Positions 28,903-40,776 of a stretch of 64,000 nucleotides of DNA are shown piece after piece (the first letter of the stretch is position 1; the number at the start of each line of letters is the position of its first letter). The DNA lies in assembly GCA_024276825.1 (NCBI GenBank), contig JAJRWI010000007.1, positions 1 through 64,000 on the forward strand, given 5' to 3'. Source of the stretch: an archaeon (lineage in GTDB: Archaea > Asgardarchaeota > Thorarchaeia > Thorarchaeales > Thorarchaeaceae). Below the pieces are notes generated by a model. That model saw nothing but the letters and a program-made list of their open reading frames with translations, was not told the DNA's origin and did no database searches. The position numbers and the translations under genes were made by a program.

Positions 28903-30486
28903 ATGAGAAAGACCAGTATTATGACCCTTCTAATAGTATCGCTTGTGTTTGCAGGGGCACTATTCATGGTCCCCAGTGCAACAGTCACTAATGAGGCTGC
29001 ATCTTCAGCTAATATTGAGACCTTTGCATTTGCAGGCTTTGATTCTGAAAATATCACAGTAGTTCTTCTCACACCTGCTAACGAGTCTGAGATTGCTGGC
29101 ACTGTTGATTTGACGTTTAACATCACTTCTGTCAATGGCCCACTAAATCTCACCCTGTTTGTTGATGATGATATTCACCCGGATTACAATAACACGGAGA
29201 TATCACTTGCAGTCAATGCCACAACTACTGTGAACATCACTGTTGACACAACAGTGCTACCAGAGGGGTTATTGAATTTCACATTTCTATTTGAGGACAA
29301 CACCACTGGAATTGTTGACAAGGAAACCTATCATCTGAGATTTCTTGTCAATAACCATGGTGCCCCATCCATAAAAATGATCTCGCCAAGTGAGGGAGAA
29401 ACAATAATTGGTCTTGCTGACATTCTGCTTAATATAACATCTGACTATCCCGAAGTGTACATGAACCTCACAGTTGATGGAGAACTTGACCCTGACTTCA
29501 ATATGACATTAGTTCCTGCCACGCTTGCAAATCATACATTAAACTGCAGTCGTTATGACAATGGTCATCATGTGATAAAGATCACCATCTGGACTGAAGA
29601 GGGCCTTCAGGCAAGTGTTGAACGCGAGGTCATATTTCTCGATTATGTGAGATTCGCTATTACTGGCATGGCATCTTATGCCAGAGTTTCAGGAAATCAG
29701 ACCTTCGATATCAAAGTGTTCACCCCTTATGATACCGTCACGCTAACTGCATATGTTGATGATGTCTTGGCACCTGATGTGGTGAATATCACGCTTCATG
29801 AGGGGCAGGACTCGTTCATCATGGACACTACATATTACTCAGAGGGTGAACACAATTTCACATTCATTGCATATGACGCGTTTGGGCACAAATGGGAAAC
29901 CACGATGATATTTGTAGTAGATAACTATGGAGTCCCAGAAGTTCACTTTGTCGCACCTACTGAGGATATTGTTGTTGGCATTGCAGAATTCACAATTCAG
30001 ATCGACTCTAATTGGGAAAATGTCACAATTACGGTTCTTGTTGATGGTGAGGAAATTCCTGAGCTGACAAACATCACAGTCAACACCGGCGAGTATACAT
30101 TCACTATTGATACATCTCAATATTCAAAATGGCAGCATGAAGTGACTGTGAAAGTAGAAACTTTAGAGGGCGAAACTGCAGAAACTTCAGAGATGTTCGG
30201 GTTTGCCAACTTCAGGCTTGAGGAGATAGCGAGTATAATAGTAATCTTGGGGGTAGCATTTGTAATCCCAATACGCAGAAAAATAGCGGGTTATCCCATC
30301 AAGTCAATATTGATTGTTGATGTGATATTTATCCTTGTTACCGCAGGTGTCTTTCTTACACTGGGAGTCACATCATATTCATTGATGGTCTGGCACATTA
30401 ATCTTGCAAGCATCTGGGCACTTGGTTCTGCACTGATATTCACCAACTGGGTGCTGCCATTGTTTGAGAAGGTTGAGGAAGAGTAA
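28903..30486 (+). CDS. Secreted, C-terminally membrane-anchored protein with repeated Ig-like domains
   Basis: Signal peptide, four to five ~95-aa beta-sandwich repeats (L.VD...DT..Y..G.H), many N-x-S/T sequons, 3 C-terminal TM helices. Confidence 0.8.
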   Translation: MRKTSIMTLLIVSLVFAGALFMVPSATVTNEAASSANIETFAFAGFDSENITVVLLTPANESEIAGTVDLTFNITSVNGPLNLTLFVDDDIHPDYNNTEISLAVNATTTVNITVDTTVLPEGLLNFTFLFEDNTTGIVDKETYHLRFLVNNHGAPSIKMISPSEGETIIGLADILLNITSDYPEVYMNLTVDGELDPDFNMTLVPATLANHTLNCSRYDNGHHVIKITIWTEEGLQASVEREVIFLDYVRFAITGMASYARVSGNQTFDIKVFTPYDTVTLTAYVDDVLAPDVVNITLHEGQDSFIMDTTYYSEGEHNFTFIAYDAFGHKWETTMIFVVDNYGVPEVHFVAPTEDIVVGIAEFTIQIDSNWENVTITVLVDGEEIPELTNITVNTGEYTFTIDTSQYSKWQHEVTVKVETLEGETAETSEMFGFANFRLEEIASIIVILGVAFVIPIRRKIAGYPIKSILIVDVIFILVTAGVFLTLGVTSYSLMVWHINLASIWALGSALIFTNWVLPLFEKVEEE

Positions 30487-30489
30487 GTC

Positions 30490-31338
30490 TCATAGCACAC
30501 GCATAACTGGGATGTCCTTTTCTGGGGACACATCCCAGTCAGCCATTTTTCCAATCATGTCCAGTTGGCTACTCTGAACTATGCTGAAAACACTATTACA
30601 ATGCCATCTTGAAGCAGCCTTTGCAGTCTTGATAATGATTGCATCAATAAACTCTATTCCGTGCTTGGTTACATCAGCTGCGAATTGTGCGGTCTTATTC
30701 AGTCTGTTGATCACTACGCCCACACCGAGTAATTTAGAGCCGTAATAGTATTCCAGTAATCTCCCCTTTTTGTTTTGCATCTTCAGTTCTGCAATCAGAT
30801 CTGTGATTGCTCCAGGGTATGAATAGTTTGAGAATCTCATTTTTCGGGGAATCTTGTCAGCCACAGAGTGCTCAACTACTGAGACATTATTGAAGCGGAC
30901 CTTTGGTAGTTTTGAGATTGGGACTTCTATCCTTGATAGGCTTCCTTTTGCAAAGTATTTGTTAGTCATCCAGTAGTTATAGTCTTCAGGTGTCGTGATA
31001 TGAAAGATCTGTCCAGCATCTTGTGACACCATTATCTTCTCTGCTGCTTTCACCAGCTTGGGTCCTACAACATCACGAGATTCACGAGCATCAATATGGT
31101 GGTCCATGATTATTCCAGTCTTTCCGAGTTGAAGGTTGTTCTCCATACGAAAAATAATCTCGCCAATTACCATTTCCTTGGACTCGGCAACAAGCCAACC
31201 ATTCCTGCTGATAAGGGGATTTCTATGAATCGCTTTAACTTGTTCCACATTGACAATGTCTTCCATTGAATGCGAACTCTGGTATACCTCCAAGAGATCC
31301 TTGCAGTCCTTCATCACACCTCTTCTTATCAAGACCAT
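30490..31338 (-). CDS. GNAT-fold protein (divergent)
   Basis: IRR....D..DL, WLVAE...VIGEI and VGPKLVKAAE pattern. Confidence 0.55.
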   Translation of the reverse strand: MVLIRRGVMKDCKDLLEVYQSSHSMEDIVNVEQVKAIHRNPLISRNGWLVAESKEMVIGEIIFRMENNLQLGKTGIIMDHHIDARESRDVVGPKLVKAAEKIMVSQDAGQIFHITTPEDYNYWMTNKYFAKGSLSRIEVPISKLPKVRFNNVSVVEHSVADKIPRKMRFSNYSYPGAITDLIAELKMQNKKGRLLEYYYGSKLLGVGVVINRLNKTAQFAADVTKHGIEFIDAIIIKTAKAASRWHCNSVFSIVQSSQLDMIGKMADWDVSPEKDIPVMRVL

Positions 31339-31487
31339 GATTCACTCACCATCGACTACAGAGAATGCTTACAACCTACGATAAAATAAGAGCTAGTATG
31401 ACACTTGTGCAAAGTTCAATTCATTCGGAAAAATATGATAAGGAGCCAATTGCTAACCATTTGACAATATAATTATGTTAAGCTCAG

Positions 31488-32051
31488 GTGGGAATGATGA
31501 GTCGTGCTATTAGGATGCTTATTCTAATCATCCTACTATTATTTGGCATCTTTGAACTAGTCTATGGATTTCTTGGGGTCAGTATCTATGGAATATTTGG
31601 TGTGATTCCTGAGTCAGGATTACCAGCAATATTACCGCTTATAGTGGGAGTATTTCTCTGTCTGGTATCAGTCTATCTGCTCAGTTCAATGCTTATCAAA
31701 GAAGGTAGAATGAAGAGAATTGTGGGTGTCGCGAGCTCATACGAAAAAATAACTATTGCAGAGATCAGTGAACTATCTGGGGTTAAGACCTCAAATGTGA
31801 AACCATTGTTGTTTGAGGCAATTGCAGAAGGTCTTCTACATGGTGTGATTAAAGAGAACACATTCATTCGAAAGGAGGCTGAGGCCGAGGTCATAATTGA
31901 GCGGGAGGTAATGGTGACCCGTAAGGCTCCAGAAAAATGCTACAAGTGCGGCGCCTCATTGAATCCGCAGGAGGTTGAATGGGTAGGGCCCGATCAGTTC
32001 AGATGTGCTCATTGTGGTGCAGTAATGACAGTCGAAACTGAGAGAATCTGA
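31488..32051 (+). CDS. Membrane protein with PCI-like winged helix and C-terminal Zn ribbon
   Basis: Two TM helices; YEKITIAEISEL.GV....VK.LL.EAIAEGLLHGVI; CYKC...CAHC. Confidence 0.7.
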   Translation: MGMMSRAIRMLILIILLLFGIFELVYGFLGVSIYGIFGVIPESGLPAILPLIVGVFLCLVSVYLLSSMLIKEGRMKRIVGVASSYEKITIAEISELSGVKTSNVKPLLFEAIAEGLLHGVIKENTFIRKEAEAEVIIEREVMVTRKAPEKCYKCGASLNPQEVEWVGPDQFRCAHCGAVMTVETERI

Positions 32052-32124
32052 GCTGAGAAGTGGGAATCATTATAATCTCGCCCTGTTGACCCATATTAAT
32101 GCAAATAGTTGTTTGACCTAGGCA

Positions 32125-32646
32125 ATGAGTTTACACTTCATAAGCCTTTTATTTGTCGGACGTCCGCAGGCGCACATGCAAGCACCTCCGACTGACCAAT
32201 TACACTCGAAGCTCATTCCTATGCTTCAAGAGATACAGGAACGTCTGGGGTACATCGCTCCTGAAGCTGTTGAGTGGCTTGCAAAAGAGCTAAAACTCAG
32301 TGAGCAGGAGATTTACGGTGTAGCCACATTTTACAACTTTTTCAGGCTCAATCCACCTGGACGTCATGAAATCAGAGTATGCCTTGGGACTGCATGCCAT
32401 GTGCAGGGGAATGAGAAGCTCCTAGACACTATTTGTGAACGTCTTGGCATCCAGCCAGGGGAAACCACCCCTGATGGCAGATATAGCCTTGAACGTGTTG
32501 CATGTGTTGGTGCATGTGCACTTGCACCTGCAATTGTGATTGATGATGAAGTTCACGGAAGAATGACACAAAGGGCGCTCCAAAGACTCTTGGACAAAAT
32601 AGACCGAGAGGATGAAGAGGCCATGAAAAAGAGGGGTGAAAAGTAA
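32125..32646 (+). CDS. NuoE/HydC-like [2Fe-2S] subunit
   Basis: LIPMLQEIQ, GVATFY, CLGTAC and CVGAC.LAP; start may be ATG 32176. Confidence 0.9.
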   Translation: MSLHFISLLFVGRPQAHMQAPPTDQLHSKLIPMLQEIQERLGYIAPEAVEWLAKELKLSEQEIYGVATFYNFFRLNPPGRHEIRVCLGTACHVQGNEKLLDTICERLGIQPGETTPDGRYSLERVACVGACALAPAIVIDDEVHGRMTQRALQRLLDKIDREDEEAMKKRGEK

Positions 32647-34484
32647 TGGCCGATGAAAAGATTGAACTCTTGGTCTGTCTTGGGACAGGCTGTGAGTCTG
32701 CAAAGTCAGATGTTCTTTTTGCAAAATTGTCCGACGAGATCAAGAAGCACAAGTTAGAGAACAAAGCAGCGGTCAAGAGAATCGGATGTCACGGTCTATG
32801 CCAGCAGGGACCAGTGATTGCGGTTGAGCCCGAGGGACTGTTTTATTGTCAGGTCAAAGAGTCAGACATTGAAGAGATCATACAATCGCATCTCATCAAG
32901 GGTAAACCTGTAGAACGACTATTCTACGAACATGATGATGGGACGAGAATTCCTCATTATAGGGACATTCCATTCTATGCAAAGCAAACGCGAGTTGTGC
33001 TCAAGAATTCAGGTCATATTGATCCTAGCAAGATTGATGATTACATTGCAGTTGGAGGGTACAAGGGTCTTGAGCGTGCTCTGAAGGAGATGAGCCCAGA
33101 AGAAGTCATTGAGGAGGTCTACAACTCCGGACTGCGAGGAAGAGGCGGTGCAGGTTTCCCAACAGGATTAAAATGGAAATTCGCCCGTTCATCGCCAGGA
33201 GATGTCAAATATGCGATATGTAATGCCGATGAGGGAGATCCCGGGGCATTCATGGACGGTTCAATCCTTGTTGCAGATCCCCATTCCGTTCTGGAGGGGC
33301 TTTCAATTGCTGCATATGCCATTGGTGCCCGTGAGGCATTCATTTATGTCAGACATGAGTATCCATCTGCAGTTGCTTCATTGAAGAAGGCCTTAAAGCA
33401 GTCATACGAGAGAGGATTCCTCGGGGAGAACATTCTTGGTACCGGTTTTAATCTTGATATTCGAATGATGGAAGGTGCTGGTGCATTCGTTTGTGGTGAG
33501 GAAACCGCACTGATGGCATCAATAGAGGGTAAGAGGGGAATGCCGAGACCGAGACCACCCTTTCCAACAGAGGCAGGTCTCTGGGGCAAGCCAACAGTGA
33601 TCAATAATGTGAAGTCTTTGGCCGCAGTCGCGATCATTCTAAGAGAGGGCTGGGAATGGTTCAAATCAATTGGTACCGAGGGAAGTCCTGGGACTGCTAT
33701 CTTCTCATTGACTGGAAAGGTCAAGAACACAGGACTAGTTGAAGTCCCCATGGGAGCCACACTGCGACACATCATCTTCGATGTCGGGGGTGGTGTGGGT
33801 ACTGGCAGGGAGTTCAAGGCAGTTCAGACTGGAGGACCCGCAGGAGGTTGTCTACCAAAGGAGAAATTGGACCTACCAGTTGACTTTGACTCGCTTCGAG
33901 AAGCTGGCGCAATCATGGGTTCTGGTGGAATGATAGTAATGGACGAAACCACCTGCATGGTCGATGTTGCCCGATACTTCCTGTCATTCACGCAGCAGGA
34001 GTCATGCGGGAAGTGTACCCCCTGCAGAATGGGCACACTTGAGATGCTAAAGATTCTCGACAAAATAAGAGAGGGCCGTGGCGAAGAGGGTGATATTGAG
34101 AAGCTTCTCGAGTTATGTGATACTGTTGTCAAGGGGTCTCTCTGCGGACTTGGTCAGAACGCACCCAACCCAGTTTTGACAACTATCAAATACTTCAGGG
34201 AAGAGTATGAAGCGCATATTCGCGACAAGACATGTCCTGCCATGGTCTGTCGTGATCTTGTGAAATATGTGATTGATCCTGACTTGTGCATTGGGTGTGG
34301 TGCTTGCAGCAGAATTTGCCCAACAGGGGCTGCACAGGGTGAGAAGAAGCAGGCACATCATATTGAGCAGGACATGTGCATAAAGTGTGGAGCATGCCTT
34401 GAGGTCTGTCCTCCAAAGGCCAGTGCTGTTCTAAAGATACCCATCAGCAAGACACTTGCTGATATTAAAGGAGGTGCTCAATAA
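32646..34484 (+). CDS. NuoF/HydB-like FMN/NADH-binding subunit with N-terminal thioredoxin-like [2Fe-2S] and C-terminal 2x[4Fe-4S] domains
   Basis: GLRGRGGAGFPTG, NADEGDPGAFMD, CGEETAL, SCGKCTPCR, CIGCGACSRIC and CIKCGACLEVC. Confidence 0.95.
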   Translation: MADEKIELLVCLGTGCESAKSDVLFAKLSDEIKKHKLENKAAVKRIGCHGLCQQGPVIAVEPEGLFYCQVKESDIEEIIQSHLIKGKPVERLFYEHDDGTRIPHYRDIPFYAKQTRVVLKNSGHIDPSKIDDYIAVGGYKGLERALKEMSPEEVIEEVYNSGLRGRGGAGFPTGLKWKFARSSPGDVKYAICNADEGDPGAFMDGSILVADPHSVLEGLSIAAYAIGAREAFIYVRHEYPSAVASLKKALKQSYERGFLGENILGTGFNLDIRMMEGAGAFVCGEETALMASIEGKRGMPRPRPPFPTEAGLWGKPTVINNVKSLAAVAIILREGWEWFKSIGTEGSPGTAIFSLTGKVKNTGLVEVPMGATLRHIIFDVGGGVGTGREFKAVQTGGPAGGCLPKEKLDLPVDFDSLREAGAIMGSGGMIVMDETTCMVDVARYFLSFTQQESCGKCTPCRMGTLEMLKILDKIREGRGEEGDIEKLLELCDTVVKGSLCGLGQNAPNPVLTTIKYFREEYEAHIRDKTCPAMVCRDLVKYVIDPDLCIGCGACSRICPTGAAQGEKKQAHHIEQDMCIKCGACLEVCPPKASAVLKIPISKTLADIKGGAQ

Positions 34485-36730
34485 TGGCAGTCATCAAGAT
34501 TGACAATCAGAACATTGAGTTTGAACCAACAATAGAGAAGACTATCCTTGATGTTGCAAGAGAGGCCGGAATCTATATTCCCACACTCTGCGACCATGAC
34601 GAACTCGAGCCCTATGGTGGCTGCCGAATGTGCTTGGTGGATGTAGAGGGTATGAGGGGCTATGTGCCTGCATGTACTACAACAGCCAAAGATGGTATGG
34701 TGGTAAAGACAAGCACTGATGAACTCAACTCGTTAAAGAGAAGGATACTACAGCTCCTAATGATTGAACACCCAGTAGGTTGCATACTTTGTGATGAGAG
34801 AGAGCAGTGTGACAAGTTCAGACCTCAGGCTCAGAAGGCAGGTCGCGTCAGTGGATGCTATACATGTCCAAATAGAAATCATTGTGAGCTTGAAGAAGTT
34901 GTGAATTTTATTGGCATGAAAACATTGCCCTACGATCCAGAATACAGAGATATCCCAGTGGAGCGAGAAGACCCGTTCTTTGATCGCGACTATAACTTAT
35001 GCATTCTATGTGCAAGGTGTGTACGTGTATGTGATGATGTCAGAGGTACAGCCGCTATAACAATCGCAAAACGCGGTCATGAGTCCAGAATTGACACAGC
35101 ATTTGGGACCTCACATGTGGAGTCAGGATGTTGGTTCTGTGGTGCTTGTGTTGATGTCTGCCCGACAGGGTCATTATCAGCCCGGAAAACAAAGTGGATT
35201 GGTATCCCAGAAGAAACTGTTGAGACCACCTGTGTTCTCTGCGGAACTGGATGTCAGGTCAATATTGGTGTCAAGTATAACAAGATCATGTGGTCTGAAC
35301 CCGGTAATAAGGACAGTCCGCCAAATCATCATCATATGTGCGTTCTTGGAAGATTCTGTATTCCAACCCTTGTGAACACTCCAAGAAGAACCAAGAACCC
35401 AATGATAACAAAGGATAGCATTTTGGTGCCAGCCAGTTGGGATGAAGCAATTAATGAGGCTGCCAGACTTCTGAAGGATACCCCCTCTGAGAAGATAGGC
35501 TTTATTGCAAGTCCTCAAATGACTACCGAGGCGGCATACCTGCTTCAAAAAATAGCGAGGGAAGGTGCTAATACCTCAGCTATTGACTTCATGGGTTCGG
35601 ACTTTGCAGCGTTGATTCTGGGTAATCTTGCTGATGGACATGACAAGATTCAGACGCTTGACAAGTTGGACGAGGTTGATTGGATACTCTCAATTGGTGG
35701 CGACTTTGTTGTCACACATCAGGTAGTTGCCAAGAGTGTGTACAAGCAAGTAAGGAGAAATGTCCCTCTAATTCATGTGGGGCCAATCGGCGAGAATCTC
35801 AGGAGATGGGCCTCATACCATATCAATGTGCCCATCAAGAAGATTGAGAATGCCATTTCTAAGCTTGCCCAAAAGAGCATGAGCATCCCGTCTATAACCA
35901 AAGAGCAAGCTGAAAGAATTGCATCAATTATCAGCTCTGGCAGGGGTGCAATAATAGTTGGTTCCAGGATAATGGAAACAAAGAACCCTGACAAATGCTT
36001 GAGTGCACTACTGGAGATAATTGGTAGGGAAGGGGTTGTATATCCACTTCTTCCGCTCGGCAATGAGTTAGGCCTGATCAAAGCTGGTGCGAGAGCAGAC
36101 ATTCTGCCTGGTCCTGCTGTGAATTCAGAGAAAGGGCTCACTCTTGGAGAACTCAGAGATAAAGCATCTAAAGGGCAAATCGAACTGCTCTATATCACTG
36201 ATGGGTCTGTGTCACTCACGGGCTTTGAGAAGGTGGAGAATATCATCTATCAGGCACCATATGCATCAGAGTGGACTGACAGAGCCACTGTGCTCTTGCC
36301 ATCTGCAAGTTTTGCAGAAGAGGACGGGACATTTGTCAACCATGAGATGCGGGAGCTTAGATTGAAGAGAATCGTAGATCCACCATATCACGCCAGACAG
36401 GACTGGGAGATTCTTCAGAATATTGCAAGGAGCATTGGCCTTAGCAAATCAGATTACAAAAGTCCAGAAGATATTTGGAACGAACTTGAAAAGCAAAAGG
36501 CGGGTCTCAAGAAAGACATCTACAAACGCAAATCATGGACTCCCGCAAGGAAGGATGAAACCCGATGGAATCCCAAGTATCGCGGGGTGGCGATTGCAGA
36601 AGTTGTTAAGGACTTGAAGGTCCTCATTGATTCCTTACCAAGCAGAGAGGTTATTGAGAAGCGGGAATCACTTGATGAACTGCTGGAACGGCTTCAGAGA
36701 AAGATTCCTTCAAAGGAGGTGTTAGAATGA
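34484..36730 (+). CDS. NuoG/FdhA-like Fe-S protein with a degenerate molybdopterin-oxidoreductase body
   Basis: IPTLC..GCRMC..C, HxxxCxxC, CILCARCVRVC, CWFCGACVDVC, CVLCGTGC; no CARxC/U Mo/W ligand, no H-cluster motifs, no C-terminal MGD-binding domain. Confidence 0.85.
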   Translation: MAVIKIDNQNIEFEPTIEKTILDVAREAGIYIPTLCDHDELEPYGGCRMCLVDVEGMRGYVPACTTTAKDGMVVKTSTDELNSLKRRILQLLMIEHPVGCILCDEREQCDKFRPQAQKAGRVSGCYTCPNRNHCELEEVVNFIGMKTLPYDPEYRDIPVEREDPFFDRDYNLCILCARCVRVCDDVRGTAAITIAKRGHESRIDTAFGTSHVESGCWFCGACVDVCPTGSLSARKTKWIGIPEETVETTCVLCGTGCQVNIGVKYNKIMWSEPGNKDSPPNHHHMCVLGRFCIPTLVNTPRRTKNPMITKDSILVPASWDEAINEAARLLKDTPSEKIGFIASPQMTTEAAYLLQKIAREGANTSAIDFMGSDFAALILGNLADGHDKIQTLDKLDEVDWILSIGGDFVVTHQVVAKSVYKQVRRNVPLIHVGPIGENLRRWASYHINVPIKKIENAISKLAQKSMSIPSITKEQAERIASIISSGRGAIIVGSRIMETKNPDKCLSALLEIIGREGVVYPLLPLGNELGLIKAGARADILPGPAVNSEKGLTLGELRDKASKGQIELLYITDGSVSLTGFEKVENIIYQAPYASEWTDRATVLLPSASFAEEDGTFVNHEMRELRLKRIVDPPYHARQDWEILQNIARSIGLSKSDYKSPEDIWNELEKQKAGLKKDIYKRKSWTPARKDETRWNPKYRGVAIAEVVKDLKVLIDSLPSREVIEKRESLDELLERLQRKIPSKEVLE

Positions 36731-37599
36731 GCAAGATCATAGAGAAGGAAGAGGTAGCACCCAACATTCACCGAGTTGTATTTGATGCTCCGAAGATTGC
36801 CCGAAAGGTCAAGCCAGGACAGTTCGTCATTGTTATTCCTGATGAGTTCGGAGAAAGAACACCATTCACAGTTGCAGACTGGGATTCGGAGAGAGGAACA
36901 ATCACAATATTCTTTCTTGAAGTTGGGGTTTCAACAATGAAGCTCGCCAAAATGGGCCCAGGGGATTGTGTTCACACTCTGGTGGGACCACTGGGTAAGC
37001 CAACAAAGATTGAGAAGTTCGGGACTGTTGTTCTTGGTGGAGGCTGCTATGGGCTTGGTGCCATCTATCCCTTGGCTAGGGCTTTCAAGGAAGCAGGCAA
37101 CAAGGTAATTGTAGTCACTGAGGGTAGAACCAGATATGTCCTCTTCAATCTCAAAAGACTTCAAGAAGTAGCTGATGAGATGATCATTACCACATCAGAT
37201 GGATCTCTGGGAATAAAGGGTCATGCTCATGATGCTGTCCGAATGCTTGTTGAACGTGGTGAAAAGATTGACCATGTGCATTTTGTGGGATGCACATACA
37301 TGATGATGACCGGTTCGAAGACTACCAAGGAGTTAAACATTCCAATAGTAGTCAGCCTTGCCGCCCTAATGGTGGATGGTACAGGAATGTGCGGTTGTTG
37401 TCGGGTCATTGTTGGCGGAGAAACTAAGTTTGCATGCGTCGATGGACCCGATTTTGATGGGCATCTGGTCGACTGGGAGATTGTGGCAGCGCGTGCTGGA
37501 GCTTATGTGCCAGAGGAGAACCTAGCGTATCAATTTTATAAGATGCGAGAAGATGACACCTCGCATGCCAAGTGCGAATGTCAGGAGGAGGTGCAGTGA
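36727..37599 (+). CDS. NfnA/SudB-like FAD/[2Fe-2S] subunit
   Basis: PGQFVI...GERTPFT, GPLGKP, TSDGS.G and MVDGTGMCGCCRV...FACVDGP.FD. Confidence 0.92.
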   Translation: MSKIIEKEEVAPNIHRVVFDAPKIARKVKPGQFVIVIPDEFGERTPFTVADWDSERGTITIFFLEVGVSTMKLAKMGPGDCVHTLVGPLGKPTKIEKFGTVVLGGGCYGLGAIYPLARAFKEAGNKVIVVTEGRTRYVLFNLKRLQEVADEMIITTSDGSLGIKGHAHDAVRMLVERGEKIDHVHFVGCTYMMMTGSKTTKELNIPIVVSLAALMVDGTGMCGCCRVIVGGETKFACVDGPDFDGHLVDWEIVAARAGAYVPEENLAYQFYKMREDDTSHAKCECQEEVQ

Positions 37600-39051
<1,452 letters not shown>

Positions 39052-39054
39052 CTA

Positions 39055-40764
39055 TCAGATTCTATAAACATCTTTGACCTCCCTCACCACCAGATCAACA
39101 AGTGCATTCTCAGACGGCACAGGGATTACTAAGGCACCCACAGCCTTCAAGTCTCTGTGCGTCTTTGGTTCTCTCTTTTCTGAAGATCCAATATGAAAAA
39201 GGAAGAACCTATGACCTCGTGATACAAGGTCCCTTACTACTTTTACCAGATTACTCCAATTGACAATCTCAGCATCCGTCATCATAAGAACTATGACACT
39301 AGAGCCAGCGTCATTGCATAGTTGTCTGATTTCCTTGATTGGGGCGATGGTCCCAGACCCTTGATATGAGAGGAGAACTTTTTCTACGTTCATGCGTTCT
39401 CTTGTCCAGGTGCAATGTCGGACACCGCTGGAGAAGTTGATAGCTGCAAACCTTCGACCGCTACGTTCTGCAAAATCAAGCGCGGCAAATGCTGAAATTA
39501 GAGCCAGATGATAGATGCCCTTCATCTGTCCGCCTTGGTGACTAAAAGACATCGAACCGCTGGAATCAATGACTATCAGCATGTCAGGGATGTTCTTGGA
39601 GGGCTTGTCACCATAGGATGATACCTTCAACCATTTTCGTGTGGACATGTTTGGCACGAGAATGGGAAACGCCTGTAGAGATTGAACAAGGTCGAGTTCC
39701 TCAATTGGGTCACCAAGCCTCCATGGTTCAGGAGCGAGTGGCACAGATCCAGTAAGAACCCTCTCTCGTATTTCGAACCGTATTGCTGTTCTCGCCTTGG
39801 CCCTATACCAAAAGTGAATCCATTTGTCATGAACATTGCCAAACCCGGCAAGTAGAAATACTGCCTCAATGTCATTTAGATTTCCACCCCTTGACTCCAC
39901 CTCAATCGCCAGCCGTTCCATCTCGGAGTCGGCGTCGTCAATATGTTCACTCCTCGTGCATTGTCGGGCCTTGTCCCCATTTCGATCCTCAATCGGCGAT
40001 CCCATTATTGCATCCACATCCAATGGAACAAAGATTGTTCTTTCACCAGTACCGTCAGTGGCTGTGCAGAGCTCCTCCCCCTTTTCCATGGTTTCAGGTA
40101 GCCAGTCCTTCAAAATCTTGGCAATCTCGCTTGTTGCACGGGGCCATTTCGTTTCATTGTTCATGTATTTTCGAGCTGTTTCAATTACTCTCTCAGCAGT
40201 CAAATAGGTCTCCTGATCGACATGGGAAAGATGGGGGATGGGAAAACCCCACATGGCCCTATAGCAAGAAACAATCAGCTTCCATAAGCGGCTGTGTTCA
40301 GTTGAGCGAGCGGCCGAGTCATGAATGGAGAGTCCAATTCGCTCATGCGTAAGACTTGGAAACCTCTTGAGAAGATGTGAGTCTACGACCAGATCAGCGA
40401 ACAGGTTGCAGACAAACATTGCATGTTCATCGTCGATATGCTTTCTTGCAGATGCAAACATCATTCCGCTGGTCACCCCATCATAGGGGCATAGCAAATA
40501 ATGCTGAATCTCATGATGAGTTATGGACCTGATGAACCTGAATTTTGCGTTCGAATTAATGTGAAGAGGGACCCCAACAAGATTCAGATGAACAGTCCAG
40601 TCGTTGGAATCGATATAGAAATAGCTAGAGGATGATGGGTCGAATTCAAACTTGGGTGAGGGCAAAGGGGGATGATAGAAGTCTGCCAAAGCCTGAGAGT
40701 ATGCCCGGTCAGCAAGCTCCATAAGATGGTTAATCTCTGCTTGATCTAGCTGTGTAAGAGTCAA
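39055..40764 (-). CDS. vWA-domain protein with N-terminal HExxH metallopeptidase-like domain
   Basis: HHEIQHY (HEIQH at 40501-40515), NLFADLVVD; C-terminal MIDAS DSSGSM, GSGT, MTD. Confidence 0.82.
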   Translation of the reverse strand: MTLTQLDQAEINHLMELADRAYSQALADFYHPPLPSPKFEFDPSSSSYFYIDSNDWTVHLNLVGVPLHINSNAKFRFIRSITHHEIQHYLLCPYDGVTSGMMFASARKHIDDEHAMFVCNLFADLVVDSHLLKRFPSLTHERIGLSIHDSAARSTEHSRLWKLIVSCYRAMWGFPIPHLSHVDQETYLTAERVIETARKYMNNETKWPRATSEIAKILKDWLPETMEKGEELCTATDGTGERTIFVPLDVDAIMGSPIEDRNGDKARQCTRSEHIDDADSEMERLAIEVESRGGNLNDIEAVFLLAGFGNVHDKWIHFWYRAKARTAIRFEIRERVLTGSVPLAPEPWRLGDPIEELDLVQSLQAFPILVPNMSTRKWLKVSSYGDKPSKNIPDMLIVIDSSGSMSFSHQGGQMKGIYHLALISAFAALDFAERSGRRFAAINFSSGVRHCTWTRERMNVEKVLLSYQGSGTIAPIKEIRQLCNDAGSSVIVLMMTDAEIVNWSNLVKVVRDLVSRGHRFFLFHIGSSEKREPKTHRDLKAVGALVIPVPSENALVDLVVREVKDVYRI

Positions 40765-40776
40765 TACAGTTCCATC

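Noticed and set aside
34484-36730. Formate dehydrogenase alpha or [FeFe]-hydrogenase call
   Set aside because: No Cys/Sec-His Mo/W ligand motif, no in-frame TGA and no H-cluster motifs
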